Assembly (NCBI GenBank): GCA_951406725.2
Contig: OX597818.1
Location: 45,694,001-45,758,000 of the forward strand
Length of the DNA: 64,000 nt
Origin: Octopus vulgaris
Lineage: Eukaryota
Reading direction: 5' to 3'
The first letter of the stretch is position 1. Each line of letters starts with the position of its first letter. Positions 54,440 to 64,000 of this stretch are shown here, piece after piece. The notes under the pieces were generated by a model. It was given only the letters and a program-made list of their open reading frames with translations. It was not told the origin of the DNA and made no database searches. The position numbers and the translations under genes are program-made.

Positions 54440-54710
54440 CCAGCCTCGCCTGGCCCCCATGCCCGTGGCACGTAAAAAGCACCATCCGACCGTGGCCATT
54501 CGCCAGCCCCGTCTGGCATCTGTGCCGGTGGCACGTAAAAAGCACCCACTACACTCACGGAGTGGTTGGCGTTAGGAAGGGCATCCAGTCGTAGAAACAT
54601 TGCCAGATCAGACTGGGCCTGGTGCAGCCTTCTGGCTTCCCAGACCCCAGTTGAACCATCTAACCCATGCTAGCATGGAAAGCGGACGCTAAATGACGAT
54701 GATGATGATG
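54440..54710 (+). mobile_element. RTE 3'UTR-derived short element (family C), representative copy
   Basis: Same as RTE tail 45030-45230 (GGCGTTAGGAAGGGCATCCAG, CCATGCTAGCATGG palindrome, (GAT)n) with 50-60 bp GTGGCACGTAAAAAGCACC subrepeats; more than a dozen other copies, e.g. 3225-3530, 14706-15160, 30213-30605, 33608-34070, 34530-34975, 40277-40476, 45686-46000, 53563-53820. Confidence 0.9.
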
Positions 54711-54711
54711 A

Positions 54712-55271
54712 GTGCAATAGGTGTAAAACAACATGTAGTAAACGAATATGAAAAAGAAATGCGCGCTGGTGAATGGGAGGCGGGGGAGACGACTTGGAAA
54801 ATTCACATTGAGAATATTCCGAGTCCTTTCACCACTTCCCTGTTCGTCGGCAAAATTTTTTTCCTTCATATTCGTTAACTAAACATTATTTTACACCTAG
54901 TACATTTTTTTTTTTCAATTTTTGTGACGGGAGTGGGCGGGGTGCGGACTCGGATAATTCACGCGATCCAGTAACCCCACTTCGACACCCGGTCACAAAA
55001 ATAGGGGGGAAATGGTGTAATAGGTGTAAAACAACATGTAGTAAACGAATATGGAAAAAAAAATGCGCGCTGGCGAACGGGGGACGGGGGAGAGAGGACT
55101 TTCCCATTGTGCCATGCAATGGGACTGAACCCGGAACCGTGTGGTTGGGAAGAATATCCATTTTCTTCAGGGAAAAAATCGGATGACGCCTTAGGCAAGT
55201 GAATTTTCCGAGTCCCCTCTCCTTCGCCTCCCGTTCGCCAGCGCGCATTTTTTTTTTTTTCATATTCGTTT
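54712..55271. repeat. Locally duplicated foldback element
   Basis: AAACGAATATG.AAAAA..ATGCGCGCTGG arms at 54740 and 55043 with inverted partners ending at about 54876 and 55271; shared flank AATAGGTGTAAAACAACATGTAGT. Confidence 0.7.
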
Positions 55272-55429
55272 GGTCCGTCCCTAAAATTTCAGGCCTTTTA
55301 CCTTTACTAGAAAGGATCATTTTCCATCTTACTGTTAGTTTTGTATAAATTTTGAAACGTAAAAATTTATTTTATAGTTTATTGTTGCTTATATTTTAAA
55401 TTACATATACATGGGGGTACCAAAATCTT

Positions 55430-56110
55430 CTAAGAAGTCTTTCCGCCGGGCGGAAGTCTTTGCCGTCTAAGTTCTTATGGCCTCTATTGCACTTAATCTA
55501 GCCCGGAATATATCGCACAGCTACATAAGTGGACACAGGTCCTAAGAGCAAAGAAGATGCGGAATTCGTTCGGGATAAGCAAGCCACCAATGCTTGCCAT
55601 AGGCAGAGTCGGCGCGGGAAGTGAACGAAACTTTAAATCTTGGAGTCGAAAATGTTTCGATTGCATTTTGTCCCAGATTCTCGGCATTAATCCGAATACA
55701 AAATATGCTGCAAAAATGAAGTTGTTTTCTTATTCATATAAACTCGTAAATAAAACCACAAGTTTTAATAGCAGCATATAACTACTTTCAAGCTGTTTAT
55801 CCATTTGTTTTAATATATTTTCTTCCTTCCGCGATTATATTTTCTCCGCCAGATAACAATTGTCAAAGTCTCAAACTGACAATTTCAAAGTAACCGCTCT
55901 TGTTTACTGAAAGAATACTCGCGATTCTTTACTGATTTAACCGTGCAATGATAAGAAAATATCACAGAAAAGAGGGTTTTCACACTTCCTGAAAATTACT
56001 GAAATCTTTATTATATAAACTTACCTTCTTTATTTTGAATATAAAACTTGAAGTAGGTTTCAACCGGTGATGACTTAAACAGTTGCTAGTCAAATATTCT
56101 TCCGCCTTTA
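55430..56110 (-). promoter_or_regulatory. Probable EME1 promoter / 5' non-coding exon region
   Basis: CpG-enriched unique sequence; inverted pair TTCCGCC/GGCGGAA(GT) at 55441-55457 (ETS/E2F-like), GGCGCGGGAA E2F-like site 55611-55620, strong minus-strand donor GAAG|gtaagt at 56025/56024. TSS not determinable from sequence. Confidence 0.5.
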
Positions 56111-56309
56111 TATTGTTTGTTGCTGGTTAGCCAAGGTCAACCCTGATCCAGGAGACCTATTAACAATACTACTTTATTATGCAATATGGTTTCTCCTTTC
56201 AAAGTAGTAAGGTGTAATTTAAAGGAGATTTGACTGCTATTTCTAGAAAGTGGAATGTCTGTATAGACGTTTCTTGTAGGCTCATTTATATTGTTTTCTT
56301 AGAGAAAGA

Positions 56310-56571
56310 GGCGATCTTACGGTATATGTACCGGTGTACTTACGAAAGTACCGGATACATTTCAAAAAAGTATGGTGGGTTAGGGTTTCTGTTGGGGTAT
56401 GTGGCGATGCTTCGGTATATGTACACACGTGACTTTGTTTACATTGCTGAAGATAACAGAAACCCTTTTCTCCCACCCCTAACCCTAACCCCCCATATAT
56501 AAAAAAAACACTTTTTTGAAATGTATCCAGTACTTCCGGAAGTACACCAGTACATATACCGTAAGATCACC
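56310..56571. mobile_element. Foldback MITE with about 60-80 bp TIRs containing telomere-like hexamers
   Basis: GGCGATCTTACGGTATATGTAC...TACATTTCAAAAAAGT vs its reverse complement at 56510-56571; GGGTTAGGGTT and CCCTAACCCTAACCC inside. Confidence 0.75.
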
Positions 56572-57000
56572 ATTCGTTTGCTGTTTAGCCCCGAGTTTAC
56601 CCTGATTGAACAGGAATGATCAAAGTTATTCCATCTGTGACCACCCATCTTTTGGGGAGTATGTCTAAGACAACATTATCCTATATGTTCTTTATTTAAA
56701 ACAACAGGGTGCTTCAAGTGAGATTTGGCTGTTGTTTCTAGCAAATCTAGCAATCACACAGATTCCTTCAGTTTGTGCTGACTAGCTAAACTGAAACAGT
56801 ATACCGATGGTAAACTGATATTTAGAAAAAGTTGCTCTGACACAATTTTAAGTCGAAATACAAAAGAACAAATCAAGATTGTTGTGGTTCTCAGTGACAA
56901 ATACCAGTCATACATCAAAATGTCAGAAGAATTGCTTACCTCCCCACCCTTCTTTATTGATTAAAAGACAAAAATATAGTTTACGTTCATATAATTCTCT

Positions 57001-57120
57001 TTGTCATCATGTTGAGCTTGTAACGAACTTTGAGTGAGTGCGAATATCTTGTCTTGTACTTTGTCATCATGTTGAGCTTGTAACGAACTTTGAGTGAGTG
57101 CGAATATCTTGTCTTGTACT
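57001..57120. repeat. Exact 60-bp tandem duplication across LTR/host junction
   Basis: 57001-57060 identical to 57061-57120. Confidence 0.95.
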
Positions 57121-57720
57121 TTCGGGGTACAAGAAAGCAATCACTAGCCGTTGCTTTAATAATCCAGAATTCTACCAGTCAGAAACAACAAGATGCAGAC
57201 GTAAAATATATATATACTACTTTATTCTCTTTCTTGGAAACAATAACAACAAGTGGTTATCTGATATCCTTGGTTCAGGGCGCGCAAGGCTGAAAGTTAA
57301 TCAATTGTAATATTTACAATATTCAGCCGCTAAAACCAGAACGGGTTCAAGATGGCGTCGAACAGGGAAGTTGAATGTGGTCGGCAACAATTTGGTTAAA
57401 GGCATTCAGCCGACTGCTGCTAGAATCAAGTCCTGACGGAGAGAGAAAATACGTGACCGTTGCCTTCAATAGCCATGTCTCAAAGTCCCCGCTGACTGCT
57501 GCTAGTGGTCAAACGTTCTACGACCCCCTTGCCTCTTTGTTAAGGCTCACGCTCCCTTGCCTCGCTAACTGCCACGTAGGCAATAGGGTTATTCCGGTGG
57601 TTCGCGCATGCGCGAGAGGGCCCTTCCTTTCTGTGCCTTGGTGAAGGCACCAACACTCGCACGCGCGAAATAGAAAATGGACGGTGCGCGCGCGCGCACC
57701 GTTATAGTATCACTACAAGG

Positions 57721-57729
57721 CTCCCCTCC
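57721..57729 (-). other. Polypurine tract of the LTR element
   Basis: GGAGGGGAG on minus strand, 3 nt before the 3' LTR start TGTAGTG. Confidence 0.85.
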
Positions 57730-59237
57730 AGTGCGTACGCACAAAAGGAAACTTATTGTAGTGACTGCAAAACTCAAGGTGGACACCAGATAACCAAATA
57801 GCACACAATAATATAATGGCAAAATTTATAACATACACAAGAAATTTACTAAAGGAAAAAGAGAAAAAATACTCCATGAGCAAAAATCAAGAGTGCATGC
57901 ATGAAAGTGTATACGTCACAAAGTATAGAGCCTTCCGCTGTAGGAAGCGGAGGGAAAGCAAAACTCACAGTCAATGAACCTAGGCGAAATTAAATCCAAC
58001 TTCTCTAAAGGTGGTTAATCTTGCAAAATAGCAGTTAAATCAATTGCTGCAGGAGAGGAAATGGAATTGACAGAAGCTCGCTAGTAACACAAAAGGCAAA
58101 AGTGCAAAACATGCTGGTGTGATGCGCGACACAGATAATTTTCTGTTAATTACGTGACCAACAGTGGTCTAACAGGGAAAAATAATTACGCCTAAACATG
58201 GCACAGCGCATGTGAACATCCGACGTCCTATGAGTCGGGAAAAGAATTAAACTAGCGCAAACGTGTTGCAAAAAACAAGGCAATACACGTGCGAAGCAAG
58301 GCGCATGAAATGCAATAGTGCTTGCCAGACCAAAAAACAGCAAGAATATGCCAGTGGTTGAGCGATTATATGCCTCGTTCGTACAGGAACAAAGGTATGG
58401 CATGCTGGCACGTTATAATGGACAAACAACCCTCTCTATGTATACGTGACCGACCTAGGGTCTATAGAAATGAGGGGTGTCCACAAAAGGCAAATTTAGC
58501 ATGGAAAAAAAAAAAAACAAGCGAGAAAAGCATGTGCGACGTATGTATGTGAGAGAGAGCATTTATGTGTGTGTACGTGTGTGCGACAGAAATACATACA
58601 AGGTGAATGCAAGCAAAATATAAAAAATACAGCGCATAGAAAAAAATGTCTCTCAAGACTATTCCAGACAAGAGTTAATTTACCAGTCTCTAATAGCCTG
58701 ATGCACAATAGCAGTTCGTTCTGTAACAGAATGTTGAGATCACAAATGCAGATGCCGATTGAACACATATCGTGCAGCAGTTGTGGCTTCAATGCTGTGA
58801 CAGGTTAACTGGAACAGAAGAAATCTCGTAGATAGTGCTGGGCTGTGAATTCTTGGTGTGCTAATGCACAAACGGCAAGTGGACCAAACTTCCGCGAGTT
58901 GCTATGTACATCTTGGTGGAGGTCGACGGTGTTGAAAGGCGACGTTGGTGGTGGAAGGCGACTGTAGTGGACTTGAGACAACATCGTTCTTAGTGATGAT
59001 GGCGACGACGTGAAGTAGACAGACGACGATGGTGATGACGAAGGCAGAGAAAAAGCATCGATGAATTGATGGCGTTCGTCATCATGGCTGTAGAATAAGA
59101 AAGAGGCTCCTTCTACAACTGTTTGTGGTGGCCGGAAACAAATCGTCGAAAGATGAATGCGTAGGGTTAAATCGTGTTCCGACTCCGCAGAAAAACTGGA
59201 TTTTTTTGTTGATAAGTGATCTCTGGTTTTAGACCAG

Positions 59238-59256
59238 AATCACGTCGGGGTCACCA
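59238..59256 (-). other. Primer-binding site complementary to tRNA-Trp 3' end
   Basis: Minus strand TGGTGACCCCGACGTGATT one base after the 5' LTR; plus strand reads AATCACGTCGGGGTCACCA, the 3' end of eukaryotic tRNA-Trp including CCA. Confidence 0.92.
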
Positions 59257-62102
59257 GTGTAACGAACTTTGAGTGAGTGCGAATATCTTGTCTTGTACTT
59301 TCGGGGTACAAGAAAGCAATCACTAGCCGTTGCTTTAATAATCCAGAATTCTACCAGTCAGAAACAACAAGACGCAGACGTAAAATATATATATACTACT
59401 TTATTGTTTTATAGTGAGAGATCAGTGGTATATCTGATGTCCTTGGTTCTGGGCGCGCAAGGCTGAAAGTTAATCGATTGTAATATTTACAATGTTCAGC
59501 CGCCAAAAACAGAACGGGTCAAAAATGGCGTCCGGAGGAAGAAGATGATGTCTGCAACAATTCAGGTTAAAAGTCTTCGGCCAAAAGACTGCTGCTATCA
59601 AAACCGGAGAGAAAACGAATTCAACGTCTGCTTCTATGAAAAGCCTGCCGCTGTCTGTCGGACGCTAATGGTCAACGCTTTACGACCCCCTTGCCTCTTT
59701 GTTAAGGCTCACGCTCCCTTGCCTCGCTAACTGCCACGTAGGCAATAGGGTTCTTCCGGTGGTTCGCGCATGCGCGAGAGGGCCCTTCCTTTCTGTGCCT
59801 TGGTGAAGGCACCAACACTCGCACGCGCGAAATAGAAAATGGACGGTGCACGCGCGCGCACCGTTATAGTATCACTACAAGCTTAAAAGATTTCAAACAA
59901 TCTCAAACATGTGGCGCAGGAGTGGCTGTGTGGTAAGTAGCTTGTTTACCAACCACATGGTTCCGGGTTCAGTCCCACTGCATGGCACCTTGTGCAAGTG
60001 TCTTCTACTATAGCCTCAGACCAACCAAAGCCTTGTGAGTGGATTTGGTAGACGGAAAATGAAAGAAGCCCGTCGTATATATGTATGTATAAATGTGTTT
60101 GTCCCACCCCCAACGTCGCTTGGCAACCAAACTTAGCTGTTCGGCAAAAGAGTCCGATAGAATAAGTACTAGGCTTACAAAGAATAAGTCCTGGGGTCGG
60201 TTTGCTCAACTAAAGGTGGTGCTCCAGCACGGCCACAGTCAAATGACTGAAACAAGTAAGAGAGTAACAGAATGTTAATTTATTCACACTTCTTTTCAAT
60301 TCTTATATCATTCCACAAGAAAAAGCTTTGCAGTTCCTATTACATTCCATATAAATTAGACAGGAACTAATTTATATGTTTGTAAATGTGTGTATGTTTG
60401 TAAGTCATTCAGTTTATTTCAAGATTTCTTGCAAATAAAGAAAGAGCCAGTTTCTAACCTAGATCCAAAGCTCCTTCACTAGAATTTCAACATCAGCAGT
60501 GTGTTTGTGCATGTATGTATATTATATATGTGCAGTGTTTAGAGTCAGTGCATGTGCACATTTGTATGTTTTGTTTTATGTATATATTCTCATGCATATA
60601 GTTGCATGTCTAGACATTCACATATATATCCTTAAATGCATGTATGTATGCATGCCAATTTAGTTGCCTACGACCCAATCGTGCTGCAGGTCGTACTGGG
60701 TTACATGTTACAAGCATTAAGAGAGATATTAATGTGCTTAATTATGCTGGTACACAGCCCAATTTAACATGTAGTGAGTGTGGGCAGGTCTGTCTCAGTA
60801 AGGTGGCGGCGAAATGCTTAGCGGTATTTCGTCTGCCGCTACGTTCTGAGTTCAAATTCCGCCGAGGTCGACGTTGCCTTTCATCCTTTCGGGATCAATT
60901 AAATAAGTACCAGTTACGGACTGGGGTCGATATAATCGACTTAATCCCTTCGTCTGTCCTTGTTTGTCCTCTCTGTGTTTAGCCCCTTGCAGGTAGTAAA
61001 GAAATGGGTATTTCGTCTGTCTTTATGTTCTGAGTTAGAAGTGTCTTTCAATTCTCCCAATCTCAACAATTTTGACTTGTCAAGCAAAATTGTTTAGTGA
61101 ATGTTGCAATTCTGTGAATTATATATAATTCTAAGTTTAAATCAATTCAAAACACAATCTTTCATCTTTTTCAGATGAGACAAGACAAACTATAAAAACT
61201 AACTACATTATATCATAAATATTTAACCAGAATATATTTCATAGATTTTTATTTACTTCATTCATAATAGCTGGTTAATTATGCACAAATAAACCATTTA
61301 CTACTGCAGCACTTTCTTTAATAAAATTATTCAATAACAGATTAACATTATTTATATCAAACTTATAAATACTTATAAATAAAAAACTCATAGTTATAAA
61401 AATCTTCATTTTAAAGTCATTAGTAAATTTATTTAAAGACATACTGGAGGTTTCAATAAAGAAACTGAAGTGGTTGAAAAGAAACTCAAACCCCATTTCT
61501 TTTCAATATTTAGACACCTTTTTCATTCCTTCAGCCAGAATAACTGAACTCAGTTTTATAAACATTGAATGCTTTATGAAGGTCATTGTATCCAATTCAA
61601 GTGGCTTTTGTGTGATAGGAAACACTTATAAATTCCTTTTTGCCTTATGTCAATATAAATCCATATTTAGGTAATAACTACATTCAGGATACTGTTTGCT
61701 CTTGATAGGCTTGTATTGGCATGTCAGAGCCAATACAAACCTATCAGATGCCTTAATGCAGCCAGTTATATTACAGAAATAAAATTCTATCAACAATAAA
61801 GTTTCTATTATTTGGGACATGCTTAAAATGCAAACAAGTACCTGTTTCATAGTGCAAGATAATGGTGCATTTAAAAATAGTGAATTCTGAATTAAGATAT
61901 TACTCTTTTATTCTTTTACTTGTTTCAGTCATTTGACTGTGGCCATGCTGGAGCACAGCCTTTAGTCTAGCAAATCGACCCCAGGACTTATTCTTTGTAA
62001 GCCTAGTACTTATTCTATCGGTCTCTTTTGCTGAACTGCTAAGTTACAGGGACGTAAACACAACATCAAGCGATGTTGGGGTGACAAACACGAACGCACA
62101 AA

Positions 62103-62194
<92 letters not shown>

Positions 62195-63320
62195 CATATA
62201 TACGACAGGCTTCTTTCAGTTTCCGTCTACCAAATCCACTCACAAGGCTTGGGTCAGCTCAAGGCTGTAGTAGAAGACACTTGCACAATGTGCCACGCAG
62301 TGGGACGGAACCCGGAACCATGTGGTTGGTAAGCAAGCTACTTGCCACACAGCCACTCCTGAAAATTTGCTTTCATCAAAACTATTTTTTGTGTGTAATT
62401 TTATTATTGTAATTAAATATTCAATTTAATCCATGGAGAAATAATGCATGCATATATTATATAAAAGCAGCCATTAAGTGTTCCATTAGCTATTGTTACA
62501 GTTGCTTTCATTCAGGATATCAAATCTATATATATAAAACTCAACTTGTGTGTCTTGTGTGTGTATCTGTGTGTTTAACTTTCCGGCACATCTCCTAGCC
62601 AACAAATCGTAGAACCACCAAAAATGGGTCATTTAAAGTTTAGGCAAATGAAAATTGAACTGCGCTATTTCTGTTCCGAAATTCATCTTGCAAGTGCAAA
62701 AAAGCTGTTTGACGTGAACTGTCTTCACCACGCGTGCAAGCATGCGTAAATTGCATGAAAAATAAAAAATCAAGATATAAAAACGAATCGCCGTAAACAT
62801 TGTAGAAATTCAGCAAAGAAATGAATTTTCAGGATGTAGCCTGGAGGGTTTTTTCGTATTAATCATTTGGACTTTGTGGACACATACCAATTGTTTTCAT
62901 AACATTTTTAATGCTTTGAATTAAATGTGACCATTTTGCAAAGCCAGGCAATACTGCTAGTGTGTTTATAAAACTGAAAAACATGTTTGTTGTAAAATTT
63001 GGGCATTTCATGAATATTCATGAAGCAAAATGAGCATTCAAAAAGAGAAATGATGTAATGAATCATGGCAGAAATATAAAGGTAAGGATTGGCTGCAGGG
63101 GAGAAAATACAGAGGAAAATGATAAATTGAATAGACATGTGAAAATAGGCCGTGAGATAAAACATATTACATGCCATGTGAAATTTTTTGAATAGTTTTA
63201 TGGATATTTTTTATTTTCATTTTATTTTTGTTTTCCTTCTAATAATCATGAATGATTTCAGTATTTACAAAGATGATAGGTACAAAAGTAAATAGATCCA
63301 CAATATGAAGTAGAGACTAT

Positions 63321-63903
63321 GGCAGTGAGCTGGCAGAAGCGTCAGCACGCCAGGCGAAATGCTTAGCGGTATTTCGTCTGTCTTTACGTTCTGAGTTCAA
63401 ATTCCGCCGAGGTCAACTTTGCCTTTCATCCTTTCGGGTTGATTAAATAAGTACCAGTTACGCACTGGGGTTGATGTAATCGACTTAATCCGTTTGTCTG
63501 TCCTTGTTTGTCTCCTCTGTGTTTAGCCCTTGTGGGTAGTAAAGAAATAGGTATTTTTTGTCTGTCTTTACATTCTGGATTCAAATTCCACCGAGGTCGA
63601 CTTTGCCTTTCATCTTTTTGGGGTCGATTAAATAAGTATCAGTTATGCACTGGGGTCGATGTAATCGACTTAATCCATTTGTCTGTCCTTGTTTGTCCCC
63701 TCTGTGTTTAGCCCCTTGTGGGTAGTAAAGAAATAGGTATTTAGTCTGCTGCTACATTCTGGATTCAAATTCCACCGAGGTCGACTTTGCCTTTCATCCT
63801 TTCAGGGTCGATAAATCAAATACCAGTAATGTACTGGGGTCGATCTAATCAAGTGGCCCCCTGCCCCAAAATTTCGGGCTTTGTGCCTAGAGTAGAAAAG
63901 AAT
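63321..63903 (+). mobile_element. SINE family B, head + three bodies
   Basis: Body restarts at 63551 and 63737 after AAAGAAATAG. Confidence 0.88.
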
Positions 63904-64000
63904 ATGAAGTAGAGAGTTGTCTAAGATAGTTAAACATTCTTTCTTTTCTTTTTTCTCTTTTTTTTTGTCAATTGGCTAAACTTTACAATATTACCTTTGG

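Larger units (their letters stand above)
57079..59879 (-). mobile_element. Non-autonomous LTR retrotransposon (Ty3/gypsy, probably CsRn1-clade derived), 2.8 kb
   Basis: Direct repeats 57079-57717 and 59258-59879 with TGTA...TACA termini; AGCT target-site duplication (57075-78, 59880-83); PBS and PPT correctly placed on minus strand; 1.54-kb interior lacks pol. Confidence 0.92.

Noticed and set aside
57090-57310. Duplicated 65-70 aa ORFs (also 59269-59466)
   Set aside because: Non-ATG incidental frames inside the LTRs.
59238-59256. tRNA-Trp gene fragment or retroviral contamination
   Set aside because: Only the 3'-terminal 19 nt, positioned as PBS next to an LTR; identity to retroviral Trp PBS follows from using the same primer tRNA.
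62525-63270. Possible Helitron (A|TCTATATATATAAAA start)
   Set aside because: No identifiable 3' hairpin/CTRR end; insufficient support.

Overview
AT-rich, repeat-dense eukaryotic DNA; the SINE/RTE/Penelope repertoire and (TA)n/(CA)n density point to an octopus (coleoid cephalopod) genome, which is an inference. Most ORFs in the six-frame track are repeat or microsatellite noise. By manual splicing I reconstruct a complete 10-coding-exon EME1 gene (MUS81 partner) on the minus strand (ATG 51838 to TAA 17183, 492 aa, all introns GT-AG and phase-consistent). It converges tail-to-tail with the last exon(s) of an MXRA7-like gene on the plus strand. The rest is mobile DNA: a 5'-truncated RTE LINE with a PHD finger inside its RT, two Penelope-like GIY-YIG remnants, CR1 fragments, several SINE families, piggyBac/hAT/Helentron-type MITEs, and a 2.8-kb non-autonomous LTR element (tRNA-Trp PBS, 4-bp TSD) with mosaic LTRs. 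Most notable: (i) seven hammerhead-ribozyme-like motifs from about five repeat families in the introns, mostly host-sense, including one with an intact core in EME1 and a CUGUUGA core variant; (ii) a perfect 33-bp inverted copy of EME1 coding sequence 2.3 kb upstream that could act as an ADAR editing-complementary sequence; (iii) the mosaic LTR pair. All function claims are hypotheses; no searches were run.
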